37,479 nt of DNA from assembly GCA_043752435.1 (NCBI GenBank), contig JAYUYQ010000042.1, positions 1 through 37,479 of the forward strand, written 5' to 3'. The notes beneath the pieces were generated by a model. It saw only the letters and a program-made list of their open reading frames with translations, searched no databases and was not told the DNA's origin. Position numbers and translations under genes: made by a program. Origin of the DNA: Betaproteobacteria bacterium. Its GTDB lineage: Bacteria; Pseudomonadota; Gammaproteobacteria; Burkholderiales; SG8-41. Shown in pieces: positions 22,511 through 30,622 of the stretch. The stretch's first letter is position 1; each line of letters opens with the position of its first letter.

Positions 22511-22631
22511 ATTGTCTGTTTGAAAAAGAGACGGGCGAACGCACAAGCCTTCAGGTTATTGATTAAGCAGGTTTTAAATCACCATGAAGGCCCGGCTCAT
22601 TTGCGCCAACAACGTTTTTCAACACACACGG

Positions 22632-23717
22632 TCAGGACAGGCGTTGCCAGCGTCCCCCGGGCAAGGCTTCGATCAATCCCGCCAGTTCGAGGTCGGTCAG
22701 CGCGGTGTTGAGCGCTCCGATCGCGAAGCCGCAGCGTTGTTGCAGCGTATCGACATCCACCGGATCAAAACCGATATGCACCAAGAGGGGATGGTCGTCC
22801 GTGGCATCCAATGCTGCGCCGGCAACCGGTTTTACAGGCTGCGACAGTCCCAGTTCTTCCAGAACATCCTGCGCCGATTCCACCAGCTTGGCGCCCTGTT
22901 TGATCAGTGCGTGACAGCCTTTGGATAGCGGTGAGTGTATGGATCCGGGAATCGCAAATACCTCCCGGCCCTGATCAGTGGCGAGGCGTGCGGTGATCAA
23001 TGAGCCGCTGGATATCGCGGCTTCAACCACCAAACAGCCTTGGGATAATCCGCAAATCAATCGATTGCGCCGTGGAAAATTGGCCGCCAGTCCCGGCGTG
23101 CCTAGAGAAAATTCAGAAATCAGCGTGCCGTGCTCTGCAATGCGGTGGGCCAGATCGCGATTGCGCGCCGGGTACACCGTATTGAGTCCGGTGCCGACGA
23201 CAGCAATAGTTGAGCTGCTGCCGTCGAGTCCGCCGCGATGAGCGGCTGCGTCGACACCCAGCGCCAGCCCGCTGATGATGGTGAGGCCGGCATTGCTGAG
23301 CGCAGCGGCAAAGGCGACAGCATTAGCAAGGCCCTGCGCGGTGGCATTGCGGCTGCCGACAATGGCGAACCCTGGCCGGTTCAGCAGATCCAGCCGTCCC
23401 TTCACATAAATCAGCGGCGGGGGATCAGGGATTTGCAGCAAGGCTTGCGGATAAGTGGTATCCGCCAACGTGAGGATGTGATTGGCAGGATCTTCGAGCC
23501 AGGATGCAACGCCACTCCAGCTTGCAGGATCGGCGCCGCCGTTGCGAATGGCGATGGCGATTTTTTCGCCGACGATACTGCTCAGATCGCGATGGCTGGC
23601 GGCCAGTATGTTTGCGGGCGTATCCAGCGCAACCAGCAATTTGCGCAGGGATTGGTGTCCGAGCCCAGGCAGCAGGCTAAGGCGAAGCCAGACTTCCAGA
23701 TCCGCGTCGACAGACAT
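22632..23717 (-). CDS. dprA: DNA processing protein DprA (Smf)
   Basis: 361-aa ORF with an N-terminal SAM-like region (LPGLGHQSLRKLL), a Rossmann core (IVGSRNAT...GLALGVDAAAHRG) and a C-terminal winged-helix-like region. Confidence 0.95.
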   Translation of the reverse strand: MSVDADLEVWLRLSLLPGLGHQSLRKLLVALDTPANILAASHRDLSSIVGEKIAIAIRNGGADPASWSGVASWLEDPANHILTLADTTYPQALLQIPDPPPLIYVKGRLDLLNRPGFAIVGSRNATAQGLANAVAFAAALSNAGLTIISGLALGVDAAAHRGGLDGSSSTIAVVGTGLNTVYPARNRDLAHRIAEHGTLISEFSLGTPGLAANFPRRNRLICGLSQGCLVVEAAISSGSLITARLATDQGREVFAIPGSIHSPLSKGCHALIKQGAKLVESAQDVLEELGLSQPVKPVAGAALDATDDHPLLVHIGFDPVDVDTLQQRCGFAIGALNTALTDLELAGLIEALPGGRWQRLS

Positions 23718-23758
23718 CGGAGGATGCTGACAGCGGGAGCAGGCTCCCGCCGCGGCAA

Positions 23759-24901
23759 TCAGGGATTGGTTACGTAATCGGAGACGGTGACTGGACGGCT
23801 GGCTTCCATCACCAGCGCGAATGACGCGCGGTCAAAGGTGCGGAACACCATCACCAGACCATAGCGCTGGTCGGGCAGCTGTGCGATGTCCTTATTGGTG
23901 ATGGCCTCGCCCCGTTCCGTCAGGGTGGCGCGCGGTGGAATGGTTTCGCTGTAATAAGTGCGCGGTGCGTCGCTGCCGGATAAACCGCTGCGGCCGAACA
24001 GCGGCGCAGTGCGCTGGCTGTAGCGTGCGCTGGTCTGGCTGCGCTCGATGGCCAGTACGGTGCCCACCTCCAATCCGTCTTTGCTGCCTTTCGACAAGGT
24101 CACGATGGACAGCGGTCCCGTCTCCTGCAAGCCGCCATAAGTCGAAATGATGCGGCCCTTGACCGGGGCCTTAGGCGGTTGCGGCACGTAAGCAAAAACA
24201 GGCGTTTGTTTGCCCAGCGGCAAGAGGCGATCATTCCGATAGATTTCCTGCACGGATTTGGTAATTTCCACCGTTGCGACATTGCCATGCTGGCGAACCT
24301 GGGCTTCACCCAGGTAAATGGCTTCATAACCGAGGATCTGGTTGTTGTCGGGATCGACCAGCGGATCGCCGCGGCGGAAAATCTGCCACTGGTCACCCTT
24401 ATCCTTGGTAATGCCCTGGACGAAGGCGCGATCGCCAGGTCCCAGCGTGACCCGGTCATCCGCGGTGGCGACGATTCTGGGCGCGGCGTCGAGCTCATCA
24501 GCACCGACCACCATCGGTTTGGACAGGAATGGCTCAATCACGGACGGCAGAATGCTGGGCACGGCACTGCGCGCACTGGGTTCGCTGCGGACTCTGGGTT
24601 CGAGTTTTGTGGTGTCGAGCTGAACCAGGCTCAGTTTGGCTTCGCTGCCGCTGCGATCCAGCACGATGACGTCACCAGGGTAAATCAGGTGCGGATTTTT
24701 TAGCTGTTCCTGATTCATTTTCCACAGCTCAGGCCAGCGCCACGGCTCCTTCAGGTAACGTCCGGAAATGCTCCACAAGGTGTCCCCTCTCTGCACCGTG
24801 TAACGCTCGGGGGCACCATCCCGCATGTCAGCGGGCGTGGCGGCAACTGCGGCCAATGCCGGAGTTATCAACAAAATCAGGGATATAATTGCTTTTCGCA
24901 T
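23759..24901 (-). CDS. tsaP: Secreted LysM peptidoglycan-binding protein, TsaP-like (type IV pilus secretin-associated protein family)
   Basis: The track ORF starts at GTG 24913. I prefer the ATG at 24901, preceded by AAGGTGGGG. It has a signal peptide (MRKAIISLILLITPALAAVAA) and a LysM motif (YTVQRGDTLWSISGRYLKEPWRWPELWKMN...IYPGDVIVL). The long C-terminal domain and the position next to dprA and opposite def match the TsaP locus as I remember it. The CDS itself is secure; the family assignment is less so. Confidence 0.75.
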   Translation of the reverse strand: MRKAIISLILLITPALAAVAATPADMRDGAPERYTVQRGDTLWSISGRYLKEPWRWPELWKMNQEQLKNPHLIYPGDVIVLDRSGSEAKLSLVQLDTTKLEPRVRSEPSARSAVPSILPSVIEPFLSKPMVVGADELDAAPRIVATADDRVTLGPGDRAFVQGITKDKGDQWQIFRRGDPLVDPDNNQILGYEAIYLGEAQVRQHGNVATVEITKSVQEIYRNDRLLPLGKQTPVFAYVPQPPKAPVKGRIISTYGGLQETGPLSIVTLSKGSKDGLEVGTVLAIERSQTSARYSQRTAPLFGRSGLSGSDAPRTYYSETIPPRATLTERGEAITNKDIAQLPDQRYGLVMVFRTFDRASFALVMEASRPVTVSDYVTNP

Positions 24902-25013
24902 GTGGAGCCCCACCTTAATGTGAGCGTCGCCGGCGTACTCGTGAAGAAACCGCAGCCGACGTGAGAGTTTGGTTTAAATTCTGCATCTAGTTGATTAAAT
25001 TGGCAAGTTTTTC

Positions 25014-25517
25014 ATGGCTTTACTTCCGATATTGCACTACCCCGATCCGCGCTTGCACAAGATTGCAGCGCCGGTGAAGCGGGTAGATGACAAAATACGC
25101 AAAATAATCAAAGACATGGCTGACTCCATGTACGCAGCACCAGGAATTGGTCTTGCTGCAACACAGGTCGATATACACCTGCGTGTCATCGTCATTGACA
25201 TTTCTGAAACCCGAGACCAGTTGCAAACGTTTATCAACCCGGAAATCATCAGTGCCGAAGGTGAAGCCGAATGCGAAGAAGGCTGTTTGTCGGTGCCCGG
25301 GATTTTCGAAAAAGTCACGCGCGCCGCCAAAGTCATGGTGTCCGCGCTTGACGAAAACGGGAAGCAACGCAAGCTCGAAGCGGATGGCTTGCTGGCGGTC
25401 TGCATACAGCATGAAATGGATCACCTGATCGGCCGGGTTTTTGTCGAGAAACTGTCCCGCCTTAAGCAACAACGCATCGTCGCCAAGCTGTTCAAGCAGC
25501 AGCGGCAGGCGATGTAG
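25014..25517 (+). CDS. def: Peptide deformylase
   Basis: 167-aa ORF starting [14 protein letters not shown], with the three Def motifs [13 protein letters not shown] and QHEMDH. Confidence 0.98.
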   Translation: MALLPILHYPDPRLHKIAAPVKRVDDKIRKIIKDMADSMYAAPGIGLAATQVDIHLRVIVIDISETRDQLQTFINPEIISAEGEAECEEGCLSVPGIFEKVTRAAKVMVSALDENGKQRKLEADGLLAVCIQHEMDHLIGRVFVEKLSRLKQQRIVAKLFKQQRQAM

Positions 25518-25545
25518 ATCGCCGCGCCGCGCGTCAACGCCACCT

Positions 25546-26466
25546 TTGAGAATCATCTACGCAGGTACACCGGCGTTTGCCGCCGCGGCGCTAGCAGCGC
25601 TGCTTGACGGCGGGCATGACGTGGTGCAGGTGCTGACGCAACCCGATCGGCCGGCCGGCCGGGGCCTTAAACCGCAGGCTTCCGTGGTGAAACAACTGGC
25701 GCTGGCCCGCCAACTCCCGCTGTCGCAGCCGGCAACGCTGAAGGATGCCGCGCTGATTGCGCAACTGGCGGATCTGCACGCCGAGGTCATGGTGGTCGCA
25801 GCCTACGGCTTGATGATTCCCGAATACCTGCTGCAGTTACCGACCCGTGGCTGCTTGAATATCCATGCGTCGATGCTTCCGCGGTGGCGCGGCGCAGCAC
25901 CGATCCAGCGTGCCATCCTGGCCGGTGACCGCAAGACCGGTGTGACCATCATGCAAATGGACGCGGGGCTGGATACCGGCGCCATGCTGTTGGCGCAGGC
26001 CGTGCCGATTGCAGCCGACGATACATCACAGACCCTGCACGACAAACTTGCCGCCACCGGCGCACAATTGCTGCTGCGCGTATTGCAGGAACAGCCGCAG
26101 CCCGTGGCGCAGGACGGCGCAAGCGCAACCTATGCCGCCAAAATCAGCAAGGCTGAAGCGCATATCGACTGGATGCGACCAGCCATTGAAATCGATCGGC
26201 TGATCCGCGCGTTCAATCCGGCACCTGGCGCATACACGACTTGGAACGGACAAACGCTGAAAATCTGGCGTGCCGAGCTGGCCACCGCCGTTTCTGGCAC
26301 CGTAGCCGGCACCGTAGTGCAGGCGAACAATGATGGTGTTGTTGTTGCAACCGACGCCGGTTCCATCCGTCTGCTCGAGTTGCAGCGCGCCGGTGGCAAA
26401 CGACTGGCGCCCCGGCAGTTTCTGGCGGGCACACCCATCGACGCAGGCACGCGTTTTGAAGCCTGA
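25546..26466 (+). CDS. fmt: Methionyl-tRNA formyltransferase
   Basis: The track ORF starts at 25441 and overlaps def by 77 nt. The only in-frame start after the def stop is TTG at 25546, giving (M)RIIYAGTPAFAAAAL, the normal Fmt N-terminus. The gene also encodes HASMLPRWRGAAPIQRAI. Confidence 0.9.
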   Translation: MRIIYAGTPAFAAAALAALLDGGHDVVQVLTQPDRPAGRGLKPQASVVKQLALARQLPLSQPATLKDAALIAQLADLHAEVMVVAAYGLMIPEYLLQLPTRGCLNIHASMLPRWRGAAPIQRAILAGDRKTGVTIMQMDAGLDTGAMLLAQAVPIAADDTSQTLHDKLAATGAQLLLRVLQEQPQPVAQDGASATYAAKISKAEAHIDWMRPAIEIDRLIRAFNPAPGAYTTWNGQTLKIWRAELATAVSGTVAGTVVQANNDGVVVATDAGSIRLLELQRAGGKRLAPRQFLAGTPIDAGTRFEA

Positions 26467-26497
26467 TATTCTGAAGTCAGGCACTGCATATTCAGAG

Positions 26498-26518
26498 GTT
26501 GCGCAGCGCAACGTTTTA
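26498..26518 (+). terminator. Short palindrome GTTGCGCAGCGCAAC followed by GTTTTA after fmt; weak terminator or operator candidate
   Basis: Read directly from the sequence. It forms a 6-bp stem with a 3-nt loop and a short T-run, 32 nt after the fmt stop and 45 nt before the rsmB ATG. Confidence 0.25.
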
Positions 26519-26562
26519 CAGCCCGCTTCACGTCCTGATCATTTGCGGCGGTCCAGTTGAGT

Positions 26563-27846
26563 ATGGAGCGCGTGCAGTGCCTTGCGGCGGAAGCCGTATC
26601 CCGCGTATTGGCGGGACGCAGTCTCGATGCTGAACTCGCAGCGACGTGGCAAAGTGAATCCGCGCTGACGCCACAGGAACGCGGTGCGGTACAAGATCTT
26701 GCCTATGGCGTGTTGCGCCGCCTGGGTTTTCTCGAGGGCATCCTCGGCCAGTTGCTGCACCGGCCGCCGACGGATGCGCTGGTGCGCAACCTGCTGCAGG
26801 TTGCGCTCTACCAATTGCTCCACAGCAAGGCGCGTCCGTACACCATCGTTGATCATGCAGTGCCGGCCTGCGCGCAACTGGGGTTTCCACAGGCTCAAGG
26901 TCTGGTCAATGCGGTATTGCGCAATTTCCTGCGCCGCCGGGCTGAACTTGAAACGGTCGCTGCCGCCACTGACGCAGGACGTTTTTCCTATGCGCCATGG
27001 TGGATAGCCAAGCTGGCCGCGCAATTTCCGCAGAACTACCGCGAAATCCTCGAGGCCGGAAACGTCCGGCCGCCGCTGACGCTGCGGGTCAACCGACGCC
27101 GCATGTCGCGCGATGACTATCTTGAACTGCTGGCGGGCGCGGAGATTGCCGCACGGCCCGTGGGTCACTATGGCCTGATCATCGACAAACCGCGGCCGAT
27201 CGCGCAAATTCCCGGTTTTGCCGACGGACTGGCCTCGGTACAGGATGCCGGCGCGCAACTCGCCGCCGAACTGCTGGATGTTGCGGACGGCATGCGGGTG
27301 CTTGACGCCTGCGCTGCGCCCGGCGGTAAAACCGCACACCTGCTGGAACTGGCCGACCTTGATCTCACGGCGGTTGATATCGACGCCGAGCGCCTGCAAC
27401 GGGTGGCGGACAATTTGACACGATTGTCGCTGCAGGCGCGATTGCTGCAGGCTGATGCCGGAAAACCGGAACGATGGCGTGATGCCGGGACCTTTGATCG
27501 CATTCTGGCCGATGTGCCCTGTACGGCGTCTGGTGTGGTGCGTCGTCATCCCGACATCAAATGGCTGCGCCAGCAAAGCGACATCAAGGCGCTGGTCGTC
27601 CGCCAGGCGCGCATTCTCGACACGCTTTGGCAGTTGCTGGGCAGTGGTGGTAAATTGCTGTATGCAACCTGCTCCGTTTTTAGCGAAGAAAACAACCTGC
27701 AGGTCGAACAATTCATTGCCCGTCATCCCGATGCGCGGCAACTTTCCCTTCCGCTGCTCGCTGACGGCTTAAAACATATCGACGGCCAACTGCTTCCTGA
27801 CGCAGCGCATGATGGTTTTTTCTACGCCCTTCTGGAAAAAGTTTGA
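26563..27846 (+). CDS. rsmB: 16S rRNA m5C967 methyltransferase RsmB (Sun)
   Basis: N-terminal NusB-like domain plus a SAM methyltransferase core (VLDACAAPGGKT, DRILADVPCTASGVVRRHPDIKW, LLYATCSV). I chose the ATG at 26563; the TTG at 26557 is an alternative. Confidence 0.95.
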   Translation: MERVQCLAAEAVSRVLAGRSLDAELAATWQSESALTPQERGAVQDLAYGVLRRLGFLEGILGQLLHRPPTDALVRNLLQVALYQLLHSKARPYTIVDHAVPACAQLGFPQAQGLVNAVLRNFLRRRAELETVAAATDAGRFSYAPWWIAKLAAQFPQNYREILEAGNVRPPLTLRVNRRRMSRDDYLELLAGAEIAARPVGHYGLIIDKPRPIAQIPGFADGLASVQDAGAQLAAELLDVADGMRVLDACAAPGGKTAHLLELADLDLTAVDIDAERLQRVADNLTRLSLQARLLQADAGKPERWRDAGTFDRILADVPCTASGVVRRHPDIKWLRQQSDIKALVVRQARILDTLWQLLGSGGKLLYATCSVFSEENNLQVEQFIARHPDARQLSLPLLADGLKHIDGQLLPDAAHDGFFYALLEKV

Positions 27847-28390
27847 GCTCGCGGCGCTGCTGCTGGCGTTCGCTCTCGCGATGCCGGCGCAGCTCGCCGC
27901 GCAGACCCATGGCATCGACGTGCGCCGAGCCACGGTCACCACGGCAGATGATCATTACCTGCTCGAGGCCGATATCGACATTATCCTGTCCGCACCGCTT
28001 GAAGACGCGCTGCACAAGGGTATTCCGCTTTATTTCCTGCTCGAATTCGAGATGGTTCGTTCGCGCTGGTATTGGTTCAACGATAAAGCGGTTTCCCGGC
28101 AGCAGCAGTACCGTCTGCAATTCAATGCGCTGACGCGCCAGTACCGCATCGGGGTAGGCGCGTTCTACCAGAATTTTCCGACTCTGGCCGAGGCGCTGCA
28201 GATCATGACCAAGGTGCGGCGGCGGGAAGATCTGGAGCTTGGCACGCTGAGCAAAGGCACCAGCTACATGGCCGGCCTGCGGTTGCGGCTTGATACTTCG
28301 CAACTGCCCAAACCCTTTAACCTGAATGCGCTGGGATCCCGGGAATGGAATATCGGCTCCGATTGGGCGCGCTGGGCGGTGACGCCATGA
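27809..28390 (+). CDS. Secreted protein of unknown function, DUF4390-like
   Basis: 193-aa ORF with a signal-peptide-like N-terminus (KKFELAALLLAFALAMPAQLAAQ). It has no recognisable catalytic motifs. It overlaps the rsmB 3' end by 38 nt, and its TGA overlaps the ntrY ATG (ATGA at 28387-28390). The family name is from memory of rsmB-DUF4390-ntrYX synteny in betaproteobacteria. Confidence 0.8.
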   Translation: MMVFSTPFWKKFELAALLLAFALAMPAQLAAQTHGIDVRRATVTTADDHYLLEADIDIILSAPLEDALHKGIPLYFLLEFEMVRSRWYWFNDKAVSRQQQYRLQFNALTRQYRIGVGAFYQNFPTLAEALQIMTKVRRREDLELGTLSKGTSYMAGLRLRLDTSQLPKPFNLNALGSREWNIGSDWARWAVTP

Positions 28391-30573
28391 CCACCATTTC
28401 CGGCAAACTGCCGCGAACCGGTGCAGTCATGCGTTATCTGCTGCTGCTGTGCGTGGCACTCGGCGTGATTGCGGTATTCCTGCTGGCGTCGGTGAGCACC
28501 AACTCGGCCTTGTTCTCCGAGTACTATCCGACGCTGTTGGGCGTCAACCTGGGGATCGCGGTGCTGCTCGCCGGCATGGTTGCGTATCAACTGGTAAGCC
28601 TGCGTGGACGTCTTAAAGCCGGTGTGTTCGGCGCCAAACTGACGCTGCGCCTGGTGGCCTTGTTCGGGTTGATGGCGGTGCTTCCCGGCGCGTTGATTTA
28701 CGGTGTGTCCGTGCAGTTCGTGTCGCAGAGCATCGAATCCTGGTTCGAAGTGCGGCTGGACAGCGCGCTGGAGAGCGGCCTCAATCTCGGCCGCGGCACT
28801 CTCGATGGCCGCTTGAAGGAACTGGCGGCAAAAGCCGACCGGATGGCATTGTCGCTGTCGACGCGGCCTGCATCTGAACACATCATCGCACTGAACGAAC
28901 TGCGCGAACAGGCTGCGGTCGATGAAGCCACGCTGTTCAGCCCGCGTGGCAGGGTGCTGGCGTTTTCCGGCAACGAGCGCAGTGGCATCGTGCCCGAAGG
29001 GCCGGGGGCCGCTGCGATGCGGCAGATTCGTTTGCAGCAGACCTACAGCGTAATCGAAGCTATACCCGAGCGCGGCTTGTACTTGCGCGCGCTGGCGCCG
29101 GTCAACGTGGTGGCGCTGACGGAGGAGACCCGCGTGCTGCAATTGCTGCAGGCAGTGCCCGCGCAACTGGCGCGTGATGCCGAGGTTGTACAAACCGGTT
29201 ACCGCGAATACCAGGAACTGCAGTTGTCACGGCGCGGCCTGAAGCGACTTTATGCAATCACGCTGACACTGACGCTGCTGCTCGCCTTGCTGTCCTCGCT
29301 GGGTCTGGCATTTGTGCTGTCCAATCGCCTGTCAGCGCCGCTGAGCGCGCTGGTGGAAGGTACGCGTGCGGTGGCGCAGGGCGACTTCAGCCGCCGCGCC
29401 GCAGTGGCCAGCCGTGACGAACTCGGTCAGCTGACGCAGTCTTTCAACAGCATGACGCTGCAACTTGCCGAGGCACAGGCGCGTGTCGAACGTAACCAGG
29501 CGCAGGTGGCTCATGCCAAGGCCTATCTCGAAAGCGTACTGGCGCATTTGTCGGCGGGCGTGTTGACGTTTGACGCCGGGTTGCGCCTGCGTTCCGCCAA
29601 TCCGAGTGCCGCGCAAATTCTCGGCGCCGACCATGCGCTGCTGCTGGATGCAGCCTTGAAGGACTGGCCGGCGATGGACGCCACGCTGACACCGCTGGTG
29701 CAGGCGGTAACGGATGCCTTCGCCCGCCCCGATGCGACGGAGTGGCAGCGTCAGGTCGAGCGCGAAGTGAAAGGCGGCACACAAGCGTTGTTGCTGCGCG
29801 GCACACGCTTCGGCGAGGGCAGCGACACCGGCCTGATCGTGGTGTTTGATGACGTGACGCAATTACTGCAGGCGCAGCGTGATGCGGCGTGGGCTGAAGT
29901 CGCGCGGCGGCTTGCCCATGAGATCAAGAATCCGCTGACCCCCATCCAGCTCTCGGCAGAACGCATCCAGCTGAAGCTTGAACCCAAGCTGTCGCCGGCG
30001 GATGCCGAAATCCTGGTGCGCTCAACGCAGACTATCGTCAGCCAGGTGGCCGCGCTGAAACGCATGGTCGATGCTTTCAGCCAGTATGCGCGTACTCCGG
30101 AGCCCGCGCTGCGACCGCTTGACCTGAATGCACTGATTCGTGAAGTGCTGATGCTCTATGAATCACTCGGTTCGAGCATGAAAATCAATCTGGCGACGGC
30201 GCTGCCGCCGGTGCACGGCGATGCCACGCAGATCAGGCAGGTCATCCACAATCTGCTGCAGAATGCGCAGGATGCCCTGACCGGTACCGAGGCGCCATAC
30301 ATCGAAATCGCGACGGGGGTGCGCGACGGATGTGCAGAATTTTCAGTGACCGACAACGGCACCGGTTTCCCGGAACAACTGATGAAGCGGGCGTTCGAGC
30401 CGTATGTGACAACCAAACCGCGCGGTACCGGGCTCGGCCTGTCGATCGTGCGCAAGATTGTTGAAGAACACCATGGCGAAGTCACGATCACTAACGTGGC
30501 ACCGCACGGCGCGCGCGTGACGATTATGCTGCCTGTCACCAGTCGGGGCGCCGAAGCGCGCTCTGCCGCCTGA
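28387..30573 (+). CDS. ntrY: Sensor histidine kinase NtrY
   Basis: The track ORF starts at 28345. I trimmed it to the ATG at 28387 (MTTISGKLPR), which is coupled to the upstream stop. It has N-terminal TM helices, HAMP, a PAS-like segment, the H-box AHEIKNPLTPIQLSAERI, and HATPase motifs (DNGTGF, GTGLGLSIV). Confidence 0.93.
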   Translation: MTTISGKLPRTGAVMRYLLLLCVALGVIAVFLLASVSTNSALFSEYYPTLLGVNLGIAVLLAGMVAYQLVSLRGRLKAGVFGAKLTLRLVALFGLMAVLPGALIYGVSVQFVSQSIESWFEVRLDSALESGLNLGRGTLDGRLKELAAKADRMALSLSTRPASEHIIALNELREQAAVDEATLFSPRGRVLAFSGNERSGIVPEGPGAAAMRQIRLQQTYSVIEAIPERGLYLRALAPVNVVALTEETRVLQLLQAVPAQLARDAEVVQTGYREYQELQLSRRGLKRLYAITLTLTLLLALLSSLGLAFVLSNRLSAPLSALVEGTRAVAQGDFSRRAAVASRDELGQLTQSFNSMTLQLAEAQARVERNQAQVAHAKAYLESVLAHLSAGVLTFDAGLRLRSANPSAAQILGADHALLLDAALKDWPAMDATLTPLVQAVTDAFARPDATEWQRQVEREVKGGTQALLLRGTRFGEGSDTGLIVVFDDVTQLLQAQRDAAWAEVARRLAHEIKNPLTPIQLSAERIQLKLEPKLSPADAEILVRSTQTIVSQVAALKRMVDAFSQYARTPEPALRPLDLNALIREVLMLYESLGSSMKINLATALPPVHGDATQIRQVIHNLLQNAQDALTGTEAPYIEIATGVRDGCAEFSVTDNGTGFPEQLMKRAFEPYVTTKPRGTGLGLSIVRKIVEEHHGEVTITNVAPHGARVTIMLPVTSRGAEARSAA

Positions 30574-30593
30574 ATAGCCGAAGCACAACTATC

Positions 30594-30622
30594 AATATGC
30601 GACAAATAATATGCGACAAATA
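30594..30622. repeat. Perfect 14-nt tandem duplication AATATGCGACAAAT x2 containing the ntrX start codon
   Basis: Positions 30594-30608 are identical to 30608-30622. The upstream ATG (30597) opens a 10-codon out-of-frame uORF, MRQIICDKYW-stop (30597-30629). The second ATG (30611) opens ntrX. Confidence 0.9.

Noticed and set aside
22433-22711. 92-aa plus-strand ORF in the topB-dprA gap
   Set aside because: It encodes an Arg/Pro/Ala-rich peptide with no RBS. It overlaps the dprA 3' end on the opposite strand and shows no domain-like features.
23733-23750. Hairpin GCGGGAG-CAGG-CTCCCGC between tsaP and dprA. A similar 7-bp hairpin lies at 12142-12162 between yidC and mnmE
   Set aside because: These are short GC stems with no U-tract, sitting inside apparent operons. 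That is insufficient to call them terminators or regulatory elements from sequence alone.
25441-25545. Upstream TTG start for fmt, overlapping def by 77 nt
   Set aside because: It would add 35 Ser/Arg/Cys-rich residues with no counterpart in Fmt proteins. The TTG at 25546 gives the canonical RIIYAGTP N-terminus immediately.
26539-27741. 400-aa minus-strand ORF
   Set aside because: It lies entirely antisense to rsmB, which carries clear SAM-methyltransferase motifs. It has shadow-ORF composition and no independent start or RBS context.
30594-30622. Short tandem repeats (here, at 36226-36255 and at 4215-4247) as CRISPR or minisatellite arrays
   Set aside because: They have only 2-2.5 copies of 13-14 nt with no spacers. 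That is inconsistent with CRISPR, so they are treated as slippage duplications.
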